In this document: in pieces, positions 49,069-58,708 of the stretch
How the letters are laid out: each line of letters opens with the position of its first letter
How positions within the stretch are numbered: position 1 is the stretch's first letter
Source: a virus
DNA: 64,000 nucleotides
Virus record (IMG/VR): IMGVR_UViG_3300023276_000008
Span: 20,952-84,951 of that record
Direction: 5' to 3' (one strand)
Notes under the pieces: model-generated
Told to the model about the DNA's origin: nothing
The model's input: only the letters and a program-made list of their open reading frames with translations
Database searches by the model: none
Translations under genes and position numbers: made by a program

Positions 49069-49428
49069 TCATTTAGGCTTGTTAGCCGCTGGCTTAACGA
49101 AGAGAGGGACGTTTCGTTCAACTAAATTAGTAATAATCACTTCCATGCTGACAGTTTTTATGGAAAAGTTCATGGGGAATAAGTTGCCTCCGTCATTGAA
49201 CTCGTATTGATAATCATCAGGTTCAGTCCTATTCTTATAACAGGTTATGATTAGATTAATACCCTTTGGATCAAGTAATACTGTCCATTTGCGAGGATCT
49301 GTGTCGATATATCCATTATATAGATTAACTACATCATATCCACAATCTCTCAACCTCTTAACGAAGTATGATCGAGTATCAATTCTATTCCCCTTCTTCA
49401 CTTTAACTAACTTCGCTTGCCACAACAT
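49069..49428 (-). CDS. hypothetical protein
   Basis: 119-aa ORF downstream of clamp gene. Confidence 0.55.
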   Translation of the reverse strand: MLWQAKLVKVKKGNRIDTRSYFVKRLRDCGYDVVNLYNGYIDTDPRKWTVLLDPKGINLIITCYKNRTEPDDYQYEFNDGGNLFPMNFSIKTVSMEVIITNLVERNVPLFVKPAANKPK

Positions 49429-50161
49429 AAATCATATCATTTTTAACATTACTATCATTAACCTTCAACATACCAATACCCATTTCGGTTGCTAATTGAA
49501 AGTCAATACTAATCTTAGTAGGGTTCATGAACCTGTTAAAATTAGCTACATCAACAATGAAGTCGCTATCTGGCATTCCTTCATATGTTCCACCTAAAAC
49601 TGTGGAGGCATCCACATTCTTTACAGTTTTGTCCGTAAGTGTATACTTAACCAGATCATCAGAGCATCCAATATATACCTTACTGCTATCCTTAAAGATT
49701 TTTGAAAGCTGTAGAACAGATTTCAATGTGTCTGCCTCAAGTTGGAATTCCATGTCCCATTTTATCTTCTCAAGTTGTTTAGTTGTGAGTTTAGGAACAC
49801 TAACTAACCCATCATCAATTAGATGATATTTAAATCTAAACTTGTCACCAACATATTTGATGTGATTCTCTGCAATACCAAATGAAATCTCTTCATCTTT
49901 GATTGTTTTGATTGCTTTCAATAACTTAGTTACGCTTCCAAGATTAATATTGTAGTCTTGAATATCCTCAACCTCTTCATCATCGTCCAGATCAACATCA
50001 ACATCAAACTCTGTGAACAATGAGATGGTTTTGTCATCGGATTGCACTACAGTCTTGATGGTAGATGTTTTTTCTTTGAATTGTAGGGATGCCACATCAT
50101 TAATTTTAGCGATGCTGCCCAGCATTAGGTTTAGCTCCTTTGTTTTAAATCTTAAATTCAT
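49403..50161 (-). CDS. gp45: DNA polymerase sliding clamp
   Basis: 252 aa; L..IAKIN..., I.L.SV.KLL..I..., FKYHL.D..LV..P..., MEFQL....L..VL.. clamp pattern; replication context. Confidence 0.75.
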   Translation of the reverse strand: MNLRFKTKELNLMLGSIAKINDVASLQFKEKTSTIKTVVQSDDKTISLFTEFDVDVDLDDDEEVEDIQDYNINLGSVTKLLKAIKTIKDEEISFGIAENHIKYVGDKFRFKYHLIDDGLVSVPKLTTKQLEKIKWDMEFQLEADTLKSVLQLSKIFKDSSKVYIGCSDDLVKYTLTDKTVKNVDASTVLGGTYEGMPDSDFIVDVANFNRFMNPTKISIDFQLATEMGIGMLKVNDSNVKNDMIYVVASEVS

Positions 50162-50163
50162 AA

Positions 50164-50847
50164 TTATCCGTTATATTTCTCTCGAACTTCATCTTCTACG
50201 GAAACATCTAGTCCATTCACAGTAGGTGCAGTGTGCGCCTCAACAACCTCAAGCAGTGCTTGTAGTGTCAGATGAATTTTATTTAGGATGATCCTCGAAT
50301 CCTTAGTCTCCTTGTAGATATCCTTTAGTATATCTTCGTTTTCGTTAAAGTCAAACGATAACTGAGGGTCTGGAGCAGATTCTTGGACTGGTGCTGGAAC
50401 CACATAAGGTAATGGCACTGCTGCTGGAACGTGATCGTGTTGGATTCGTCTAACTCTTTCATCAACCTGCATTGTTGCTACATCATCAAAGATGGTTTGT
50501 GGTAATGTAGGTTGAACAACTGGTGGTTGAACAACTGGTGGTTGAACAACTACAGGATTTGTAACTTGTGGATGTGGATCTGGCAGACCATTCAATCTTG
50601 CATCAAGGGAAGCTTCACGCTCTTGCAAAATGCGCTCCTTTTCTTGCATACGTTGTTCAGCTCTTTTGTCAGCTAGTTGTTTATCCATATTAGCAATCTG
50701 TCTCTTTGCTTCGTCTGCAATGTTAACTGCATCTCCTCGTTGGGATGGATCAACCATCTTATCCAGTTGGGTTGCTTGGTTAATAAAGGGTCCCATGAAT
50801 GCAGCAAATGCTTCTGCGTCTTCTCTGTTTATGATTTCGTCACTCAT
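50164..50847 (-). CDS. hypothetical protein with PVVQP repeats and QLSFDF motif
   Basis: 227 aa between gp32 and gp45. Confidence 0.6.
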   Translation of the reverse strand: MSDEIINREDAEAFAAFMGPFINQATQLDKMVDPSQRGDAVNIADEAKRQIANMDKQLADKRAEQRMQEKERILQEREASLDARLNGLPDPHPQVTNPVVVQPPVVQPPVVQPTLPQTIFDDVATMQVDERVRRIQHDHVPAAVPLPYVVPAPVQESAPDPQLSFDFNENEDILKDIYKETKDSRIILNKIHLTLQALLEVVEAHTAPTVNGLDVSVEDEVREKYNG

Positions 50848-50859
50848 ATATATTATATT

Positions 50860-50901
50860 ACTAAAAAACCACTATCTTGTCAATAAGATAGTGGTTTTAG
50901 T
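50860..50901 (-). terminator. terminator after gp32
   Basis: AAAACCACTATCTT-loop-AAGATAGTGGTTTT stem; T-run on minus strand. Confidence 0.8.
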
Positions 50902-50920
50902 TTGATTTCATTATTCGAAT

Positions 50921-51874
50921 TTAGTCTTCACCAAATTCACCAAGTAGATCACCTACAAAATTAGATTCATCTGGCGCATCATCGTCTTCAACTTCAACCT
51001 TTTTTGCTTTAGGTTTAGCTTTTGACTTAGTTGCATCTTCTTCCCCGAAAGGAATTTCATCTTCTTCGTCGATCACTTCTTTCCTTTTTGGAGCTGTACG
51101 TTCACGCTTCACATCAGCCTTCGCTTGGCGATCTTCGACAAGTTCAAGAAGATCAAGATTCTCACCAGCGAACCAGTGTTCATCAAGGATCTCTTTGAGT
51201 TCATCATATGATTTGATCTCACCGATTTGGTCTTTGAGAACAAAACGCTTTCCGTAAATTTCATCAACTTCTTCATCAGAAAGTTTAACAACAGGTTTTG
51301 TTACAAACTTAGACTTATCATATGAAATGAATGGTCCTTTTTTGTATGCAGGAATCTTTAATACTACTCCATCATCATACCCAAATACGCGCTCACCACC
51401 AAACTCTTCGTAATCATCTCCACCCTCTAAAAGAGCAGCATCGATAATTTCTTTAATTTGACGAGAGAACTTTAGAACCTTAACAGTTCCGTCATTTTCG
51501 GGATTCACTGAATCTGAAACCACATAAACATTAAGAAGATGCTTATCTCTACGAGAAAGCTTCTTATAACGCTCCTTCACATCTTCATCAGTAGATTTGA
51601 TACCAGTCCAGAATGCATCTGAAATAGGATCAGGTTCACTAAATGATTGAAGGGATACTGTTGTCATAAAACGACCTGTTGAGAAAGATTCCCAACCATG
51701 TTCGAAATATGTATATGTGGTGTCTTCGGGTGCTTCTGGATCGCAGAGCAACTTCAGCACATATGTACCTTCTTGTGAAATGCGAAGGAAATTAGGATTA
51801 CCTCCACCACCACCTCCAGCAGTTTTTTCTAGAGACTCTTGGATTTTGCTAAACATTGATTTATTGAATTTCAT
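50921..51874 (-). CDS. gp32: single-stranded DNA-binding protein
   Basis: F.HGW, DPI, R....LNVYVV.D..NPEN.G.VKVLKF...IKEII, SYDKSKF, KSYDELK, acidic C-terminal tail. Confidence 0.9.
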   Translation of the reverse strand: MKFNKSMFSKIQESLEKTAGGGGGGNPNFLRISQEGTYVLKLLCDPEAPEDTTYTYFEHGWESFSTGRFMTTVSLQSFSEPDPISDAFWTGIKSTDEDVKERYKKLSRRDKHLLNVYVVSDSVNPENDGTVKVLKFSRQIKEIIDAALLEGGDDYEEFGGERVFGYDDGVVLKIPAYKKGPFISYDKSKFVTKPVVKLSDEEVDEIYGKRFVLKDQIGEIKSYDELKEILDEHWFAGENLDLLELVEDRQAKADVKRERTAPKRKEVIDEEDEIPFGEEDATKSKAKPKAKKVEVEDDDAPDESNFVGDLLGEFGED

Positions 51875-51887
51875 ATTATCTTATCTT

Positions 51888-52541
51888 TTAATTAATTTTT
51901 TTATTTATTTTTTTAATGCCATTATCGGCTACAACCTTCATTACCTTCGAAGTCATGAACTTCCCTCGACTTAGCGAGAGCATTTCATAAAAGTTTGGGT
52001 AAATCAAGTCCGTCATATTCGATCTTATACTACCTCCGCTCTTTGTCAAGGCGCAAATAGTATAAAATGAAATCTTTTTGTGTTTTAGATGACTTAGAAA
52101 GTCTTCGATCTTCGAGCCTGAACCCTTGAACGCCAAATACTCGTCTAATTTTATCTGATTGTCAATACAAAACTCCATTACAAACTCCAAAGACTCAGCG
52201 AATTTGGTTAGAATGAATCTAGTATCGGGATCGACTGTGTTTAATACAGTCTGAAATTGTGTATAAGCTTTGATAGCTCGTCGTGTAGTGTAAAAGTGTA
52301 TCTTAACGTAGTCATTACTATCATAAACCACGAATGGTGCTTTGAAAAAGTCATCAACTGCAATAGTTGGGTAGTCTTTAAAGAATAACGTTAGTTTCCT
52401 TAATGTGAACTTAATATCCTTCTCCAAATTGGAAAAATCTTTTCTATATCGGAATGGTTTGCCCTGTGACTGTCTTAGAGTCTTTAGGTATGTGTTGTAG
52501 TAGCCTTCTTCAGTTCTAGATAAGATAATTTCGTCGTCCAT
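51888..52541 (-). CDS. possible helicase loader (gp59-like)
   Basis: 217 aa, immediately upstream of gp32 as in T4; YNTYL...F N-terminus; weak similarity by eye. Confidence 0.4.
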   Translation of the reverse strand: MDDEIILSRTEEGYYNTYLKTLRQSQGKPFRYRKDFSNLEKDIKFTLRKLTLFFKDYPTIAVDDFFKAPFVVYDSNDYVKIHFYTTRRAIKAYTQFQTVLNTVDPDTRFILTKFAESLEFVMEFCIDNQIKLDEYLAFKGSGSKIEDFLSHLKHKKISFYTICALTKSGGSIRSNMTDLIYPNFYEMLSLSRGKFMTSKVMKVVADNGIKKINKKIN

Positions 52542-52829
52542 TTAGTATATCAAGTTTAATTTCTTCGACTCTGGAGAGTTTAGAAACTTAGATATGTACT
52601 TACTGTTTACTATCGTTGGGTCATATTGGATAAACATCTGGACTAATTCCATGTCCGTCTCTAAAGAGAGTAGACTTTTAAATATTCTCCTATATTTTTC
52701 CTCTTTAAGTAAAGTGATAAATACGTTTTGTAGGCTAAGTTTCTTTCCTTCACAATTTGATATGAATGTGCATAGGCACAGCATCAAATGTGAGCTTTCT
52801 TCGTCGATTAAGTTCGTTCTTGGGTCCAT
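52542..52829 (-). CDS. hypothetical protein
   Basis: 95-aa ORF abutting the gp59-like gene. Confidence 0.55.
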   Translation of the reverse strand: MDPRTNLIDEESSHLMLCLCTFISNCEGKKLSLQNVFITLLKEEKYRRIFKSLLSLETDMELVQMFIQYDPTIVNSKYISKFLNSPESKKLNLIY

Positions 52830-52856
52830 AATACTGATTAAATTGGTTTCGTCAAC

Positions 52857-53717
52857 CTAAATCTCCATGAAATCTTCCGAAATCTTTTGAAAACTGGTTG
52901 TGATTGTTCCGTAACCCACTGCGCCACAGGTAGTTCCGTCGAAATATCGAGTGGCTACATAGTCTATATCGTGTTTGAGGGTTTCTTTGCCTCCAAATAT
53001 AGTCACCTTCTTTGTATTTGGGTTAACCATTAGATATAAATCATATTTTTTATCTTTTGGTAGGTATACTGTGCGATAAATGTGGGGGCATGTGGATTCT
53101 AAGAACACTACATACACTGAGAGATCTTGTATATGTCCTTCATACTCACATTTATGTTTCTCTTCGCTTATTAGCTTACTCTTTGATCGTTGCAGTATGG
53201 CTTTCTCCCCATCTGTGAAGTGTCTGAGTCCCTTTTTATATAAATTAGCAATCTTAGCCTTAGTTTTGGTTGGATATTCGTTAAAATACATCAGATGTGG
53301 CATCAGAAGGCTTATATCTGGATTTGGTCTATACAATTCGTCGCAAACAAATCCTAATTCATCGAATCTACTGCTAGTATTGAGACGTTCTTTAAAAATA
53401 TTATATAAATGGGTGGTTAGGGATGTATATCTATCCATTGTGTATGTCTTACCCATCCTAAGATTTAATCTATGTACACATATGAGGACTATATTAGGGT
53501 TATCAATCGAATTTGCGAAATCTTGACTCACATTGAACCCTAGTAGGTAAATCTTATCATATTTATCAGATGATTTATCAAACCATTCCTTGAATGATGT
53601 CTCCATTTCATCAGGGGTGCAGTAAAAATGCGATATGTGTTTATCTACGTCTTTAAATATCGATGCAGATGCGAATCCGTCGATATTTGAACATGTCCAT
53701 ATGGCATTCTTACTCAT
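52857..53717 (-). CDS. degenerate DHH-family phosphoesterase-like protein
   Basis: WTCSNIDGFASA (DxDG-like), YDKIYLLGF, but VHR at the expected DHH position; C-terminal DHHA-like segment. Confidence 0.45.
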   Translation of the reverse strand: MSKNAIWTCSNIDGFASASIFKDVDKHISHFYCTPDEMETSFKEWFDKSSDKYDKIYLLGFNVSQDFANSIDNPNIVLICVHRLNLRMGKTYTMDRYTSLTTHLYNIFKERLNTSSRFDELGFVCDELYRPNPDISLLMPHLMYFNEYPTKTKAKIANLYKKGLRHFTDGEKAILQRSKSKLISEEKHKCEYEGHIQDLSVYVVFLESTCPHIYRTVYLPKDKKYDLYLMVNPNTKKVTIFGGKETLKHDIDYVATRYFDGTTCGAVGYGTITTSFQKISEDFMEI

Positions 53718-53748
53718 TGTCCGTATTTAGTGGACAATTTACCCTAGA

Positions 53749-55152
53749 TCAACTGTTAAATATGTCTAATTTAGCCAATATATCCTTTGATCTGTCTAAT
53801 ATATTTGCATCTGTAATACCACCATCATCGCTACTCCCATATGCCATATCGTATTCCCCTTCTGAATCCATTTGAACCATAGTAAGAGTAGCATAATGCA
53901 TACGCATAGCTTGTACAAACCCCCTTGGACCGAATCGATTCTTAATAACGCCCATTCTAATAACTCCAAGCTCCATATCTTCTTCATTTTGGAACAATGT
54001 CATGATTGCATCTGCTGTAGCAGCAGTTCCAGAGGATTCAGAGAGGTGTTCTAGAGATGGATTACCTTTCTTTGTACCATAACCATCTTTATTCAACTGT
54101 GTGGCTGTTATAATGGGCACAGAGAACGTATAACTGATGGCGCGAAGTTGCTCACACACATATTTGATGCGTTCGTATGAGTTATTACCCATCGTAGATT
54201 TAACGAGATTAAGATAGTCAACAACAATTGCATCAATTTTCTCCCCACTTTCAATTACTTTCTTAACAAATGCAGAAATTTGGGATGGTGTTACTGTAGA
54301 CGGAGGGAATTCTTTAATAAATATCTTACCATAGTCCTTTTGTTTGATTTTCATCTCTTTGGATAGCTTTGTAGTATATTCACCAAAGCTATTAAGTTCG
54401 ATCTGTGTAATTCCTGATGAAATACGCTTACCATATAGGATTTCGGGCATTTCTAAGGTAATGAGTAGAACATTCTTCTTCTGTTTAGCTATATTCTCAC
54501 AAACATTACCTAAACAGATGGATTTACCGATGTTTGGTTCTCCAGAGAATACATACATAGCTCGACCATCAGATAAATAACCACCCCCAAGCGCATTATC
54601 GAGAAATTCCCACCCTGTAGAGATTACGGATGTGGTTCTAGCCAAATCATCAGTGATTCTATCGAAATCTTTAAACAATTCGAATCCCATATCGGTGTTT
54701 AGGGAGATTAAACAACTTTCTTCGAACATACTAAGCACTTTAGCAGGGTCAATTTCCCCTACTTGCATACCTTGAACCACTTTCAACACATTATGTGTTA
54801 ATGACTTCTCTTTAAGGAACTGTTCTGTGGTTTTGAATAGGTGGTCTTCGTCGATTACCTGATCTATATCCCCAGTCCATGACTTAATAAGGGCTTTGAA
54901 CTGATCTACTTCCTTTTTTGTCTCCAAATGCGCTCTAACTTCAACTAATTTGGGTAGTTTTTGGTAATCATCATAAAAATTCTTAACAATTTCAAAATAT
55001 TTTCCTATTATGGCATTCTCAAAGAAGTCTTTGTCGATATAATCAGCTATACTATTGAGATATACGCTGTTTTTCATGGATTGAAACGCCATAACGTGTT
55101 CAAATTCGTCGTGGTTTAGTGTTTCCAAAGGTTTGTGTTCTGTATTGGTCAT
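53749..55152 (-). CDS. gp41: replicative DNA helicase (DnaB-like)
   Basis: STGW..LD..LGGG, GEPNIGKS, ITLEM, IKEFP, VVDYLNL, LRAIS....PI.TATQLN, LSESSG...TAD, KNRFG; start may be 55164 or 55152. Confidence 0.95.
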   Translation of the reverse strand: MTNTEHKPLETLNHDEFEHVMAFQSMKNSVYLNSIADYIDKDFFENAIIGKYFEIVKNFYDDYQKLPKLVEVRAHLETKKEVDQFKALIKSWTGDIDQVIDEDHLFKTTEQFLKEKSLTHNVLKVVQGMQVGEIDPAKVLSMFEESCLISLNTDMGFELFKDFDRITDDLARTTSVISTGWEFLDNALGGGYLSDGRAMYVFSGEPNIGKSICLGNVCENIAKQKKNVLLITLEMPEILYGKRISSGITQIELNSFGEYTTKLSKEMKIKQKDYGKIFIKEFPPSTVTPSQISAFVKKVIESGEKIDAIVVDYLNLVKSTMGNNSYERIKYVCEQLRAISYTFSVPIITATQLNKDGYGTKKGNPSLEHLSESSGTAATADAIMTLFQNEEDMELGVIRMGVIKNRFGPRGFVQAMRMHYATLTMVQMDSEGEYDMAYGSSDDGGITDANILDRSKDILAKLDIFNS

Positions 55153-55162
55153 TTCTCCCACC

Positions 55163-55190
55163 ATTCTACTAGCTTTTTGGAGCTTGTCAA
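55163..55190 (-). promoter_or_regulatory. sigma70-like promoter TTGACA-N16-TAGAAT for the helicase operon
   Basis: ttgaca agctccaaaaagctag tagaat; back-to-back with TAAATA (55192-55197) of the divergent gene. Confidence 0.65.
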
Positions 55191-55202
55191 CTAAATACTG
55201 AT

Positions 55203-58031
55203 ATGTCAGATTTCACATTCGACCAATTCACCAAACGACTAGTGTTTGCAGAGAAGAAAGAAACCTTCAATCCTGCGAATATGGAGTTGAGTCCAGAGAG
55301 TATAGCCGATATAAAAGGAATTAATGATTTTATCCATAATAGTTTAGACGATATCATTAAGGATGGTTTATCCTCAGTAGATCTAGAAAATAGAGTGACC
55401 TATAATGGGAATACAAAGGCATTATATGTCCCAATTTGGTTGACCGCAGTTATGAAGAATGTAATTCTTGGTAAGGTTGATATGCCTGAGAGATTGAATG
55501 ATCAGAAACAGGTAGTCACTAATAATATGATCAATGACGCTCATAAGATCTTAGATGAAATCAGGGTGTATGATGGCAAAATTCTTTCGGACTTCTCTAT
55601 AGATAAAAATAGTTCTGGAGAATATAATATTCCCAAAGGTTCAAATGTCAAAGCTCTCACAACTCTCATTAAGAATATTGTAATGAGTTTAGCACAGTTG
55701 TCTGGTACAGATAGTAAACACGCAGATACATTATCTAACTATGCGAAAAGGATCACCCATGTACCCACATATGCTACTGATTCAGATGGAGATTCTCCAT
55801 TCACATCATGGCTTGGTGACCTTAGAGTACGTGCCAATCCACGAAAGAAAGTTTCCAAGATAAATGATGATGGATCTTCTACAGAGGAAGTAGATGTAAA
55901 ATATACAAATGCTCAACGTAAAAAGGATCTAGCAAGAGATCTTGCTACCATAGATGTTCCATATGATAACTTAACGAAAGTTCAAAAGAATCTACAGACT
56001 ATAGCAACACAACTGAGGAAAGGGTTGTTGGGTAGTGTGAAGGTTCAGCGAATGATGAACAAGGATATAAATCGCAGAAAGATAATAAAAGCTATTGATC
56101 GTAGTGTGAATGTACTTGATAAGGAAAATGATGATATGAGTCGAGGTATTGACGATATGTTCGGTAATTTAGATCAAATATTATCATCTGCAACTGATTT
56201 AGATGTAGATAATCAGGCTATATCAGCATTTAGTGGCAAAGGGTCAATGAATGCTATTAATATAGTCCACACTGTTTTGATAGCTCTATATGGGGTGAAT
56301 CCAAGTAGTGATGAATTGACTCAATATGCTACTAATTTGTTACAGGCTTCTGGTAGATTACGTGAAAGTATGTCAAAAAATGACATTACCACATTTAATG
56401 ATTTTGATGATATACTACAAGGTAGAGATGAAGTGATACCAAACGTTAATCTTGGGTCTGCATATGATAGATCAAAGAAAATTATAGAACATGCAAATAA
56501 TGCAGAATCTGACTACTATTTCGACCCCTCTGATAATAACGATGTATCATCTATGGCACACATGCTCGATTCTGGACAAGTGACAGACTTCCTATATTCT
56601 GTAATAAAAGTACATCTTCAATTCGCCCTAGGTCATTATGTTAATGATGATCAAGCTTCTTATCAGGCAGACTCTGAATTGACTATACCTGAACAGAAAA
56701 TGATTATTCGTGCAGTAGCTATAAATCAAATACATGTCTCTGGAGGATATCCAAAGGGAATATCTAAAGCTAAATACTTAAATGATCATATCAATAAATT
56801 ATATGAAGATGATCCAGACTTAGCATATAAAATATTAGATCATAATAATGCTCACCACGAATTAGTTGACGCTAATGCCGCAATTGAATCTCAGCAGAGT
56901 AGCGATAGGCAAGAACGATTGGCTCATGAAAGAGATGTTGCCGTTGGTGATGTTATAGAACTTGCGAAGGAAGATGGTGCTGGTGACGCGAAGGTTAATA
57001 GTATAAAACGTAAATTGTATGCAATATTAGAGCCTTTAAACTCTGTAGAGGGTATTCATGACGCTAAAAGAAAGTATTTACACGATAATGCCTCTAGATT
57101 CACTGATATGGAGAATAAACAGTTTGTTTCTCCAGAAGCTATTGACAACCAACTCAAAGAGATGATTAAGTGGATGGATGGTGAGTTCAAAGCTATGGGA
57201 AATCAGTTAGTAAGATCTCATGAAGTTATGTCAGAGGTTGATAATACTGGTGGTATTCCTAGTAGAGATGTGGCGCGAGTAAATCTACACGGAACTTATG
57301 ATGATATACTTTTTGATATGATGGAAGATAAATCTGGAAGTAATCTTCTAGAAAAATCAGTTCTTTATAACGGAACTTCCGCATTTTCAATATTTAATAT
57401 GGGGTCACAGAACGTACATAAGGAATATAGACCATATTATAATTATATATATGATGTAGATCCGAATGCCTTTGAACGTATGCTTGATAACCGTGACGAA
57501 AAATCAAAAAATATATATATTGATAGTTTCAACGAAGTAGATCCTAATTCCCTATATCTTTTCAAATCATTTGATGATTTTGTGAAGAATTCTGAAGATG
57601 GGGACTCTGTACATACAGCATTATCTCCAGTTACTACAGAATTAGAGGGGTTGAGATCTACATTACCGAAGGCAATGAATGTTTATAATGCTATTATAGC
57701 ATTGGAAGCTATTCAAGAGAGATCTGATCGTGGTGAAAAAATACAGCGATCTGAATTCGCTAAATATTCCCAAATCGCACTACACAATATTTCTAAGGGT
57801 CGTGGTCGAGCACCAGCAGGACATGTTGCACGAACACAGGCTGCGGAGAATATGTTGGATGCTAAGAAATATGGTATAAATGAAAATTCTAATGATATAT
57901 TTGATCAATATATGACACCATTCCATAAACGAAAGATGGGTCAGCGTGAAGACCGTGGAATCATATCTGAAAATTCTAGTCTACATAGGAAACGCCAATC
58001 ATTGGGAGATATGATTGACGATATTATATAA
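55203..58031 (+). CDS. large hypothetical helical protein (possible internal head/ejected protein)
   Basis: 942 aa; MSDFTFDQFTKRLVFAE leader; TAAATA-N5-ATG. Confidence 0.7.
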   Translation: MSDFTFDQFTKRLVFAEKKETFNPANMELSPESIADIKGINDFIHNSLDDIIKDGLSSVDLENRVTYNGNTKALYVPIWLTAVMKNVILGKVDMPERLNDQKQVVTNNMINDAHKILDEIRVYDGKILSDFSIDKNSSGEYNIPKGSNVKALTTLIKNIVMSLAQLSGTDSKHADTLSNYAKRITHVPTYATDSDGDSPFTSWLGDLRVRANPRKKVSKINDDGSSTEEVDVKYTNAQRKKDLARDLATIDVPYDNLTKVQKNLQTIATQLRKGLLGSVKVQRMMNKDINRRKIIKAIDRSVNVLDKENDDMSRGIDDMFGNLDQILSSATDLDVDNQAISAFSGKGSMNAINIVHTVLIALYGVNPSSDELTQYATNLLQASGRLRESMSKNDITTFNDFDDILQGRDEVIPNVNLGSAYDRSKKIIEHANNAESDYYFDPSDNNDVSSMAHMLDSGQVTDFLYSVIKVHLQFALGHYVNDDQASYQADSELTIPEQKMIIRAVAINQIHVSGGYPKGISKAKYLNDHINKLYEDDPDLAYKILDHNNAHHELVDANAAIESQQSSDRQERLAHERDVAVGDVIELAKEDGAGDAKVNSIKRKLYAILEPLNSVEGIHDAKRKYLHDNASRFTDMENKQFVSPEAIDNQLKEMIKWMDGEFKAMGNQLVRSHEVMSEVDNTGGIPSRDVARVNLHGTYDDILFDMMEDKSGSNLLEKSVLYNGTSAFSIFNMGSQNVHKEYRPYYNYIYDVDPNAFERMLDNRDEKSKNIYIDSFNEVDPNSLYLFKSFDDFVKNSEDGDSVHTALSPVTTELEGLRSTLPKAMNVYNAIIALEAIQERSDRGEKIQRSEFAKYSQIALHNISKGRGRAPAGHVARTQAAENMLDAKKYGINENSNDIFDQYMTPFHKRKMGQREDRGIISENSSLHRKRQSLGDMIDDII

Positions 58032-58034
58032 AGT

Positions 58035-58065
58035 AAAAGGGGGTTATATAACCCCCTTTTTTTTT
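58035..58065. terminator. bidirectional terminator
   Basis: AAAAGGGGGTT-atat-AACCCCCTTTTTTTT. Confidence 0.85.
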
Positions 58066-58708
58066 ATCCATGTTTGTTTTTGAAATATGTTTGTCCTTTG
58101 AGGAACTCTTCATCGTCTAGTGATTTAAGTCCTCCAGATGCATGAATCAGTGGAATATTAATAGCCAATGGCTTAAATCCCTCCCTCCACGCTCTTAAAG
58201 AGAAGTCTATGTCGTAGAAATGAAACTTTGATGGGATATCTTCATCATATCGAAGTCCTGACTGCATTAACTTCTTAGATAGTACTACAAATACTCCGTC
58301 TAGATTAATAACCTGTGCTGGTGTCGGACCAAAGAATGTTGATATGTGATTATCAACTGTTCCATGCTCTACATTCCCCCTCAAGTTACCTTCACCGCCC
58401 ATAATGTGCCATAAACAAGGTTCTGTCACATGGCAGTTGGTTGCACCTGCCACTCCCAACATATCATTAGTCTTTAGATACATTTCGATGATAGGTCTTG
58501 GATCAGACTTCAAGGTCACATCGTCATGACATAGAATTAGATAGTCCTCATCTTGATATCTATCAATTAATTGATTGTATATTTCTGATATAGATTCTGT
58601 GTTATCGATAACTCCATGTAGATCTATATCTATATCTAGATGTGTTAGAGACTTACATAGGTCAGTCTTTCTGATATCATTTTGTGGGGTAACTGTACAG
58701 ATTTTCAT
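58064..58708 (-). CDS. glycosyltransferase-like protein (GT-A fold)
   Basis: SI.EIYN, LILCHDDV, GVAG, LDGVF, FHFYDIDFSL, LIH.S.G. Confidence 0.8.
   Translation of the reverse strand: MKICTVTPQNDIRKTDLCKSLTHLDIDIDLHGVIDNTESISEIYNQLIDRYQDEDYLILCHDDVTLKSDPRPIIEMYLKTNDMLGVAGATNCHVTEPCLWHIMGGEGNLRGNVEHGTVDNHISTFFGPTPAQVINLDGVFVVLSKKLMQSGLRYDEDIPSKFHFYDIDFSLRAWREGFKPLAINIPLIHASGGLKSLDDEEFLKGQTYFKNKHG

Noticed and set aside
52828-52855. sigma70-like TTGACG-N16-TATTAT upstream of the 95-aa ORF
   Set aside because: The -10 box overlaps the annotated ATG, so the geometry does not fit unless the start is further downstream
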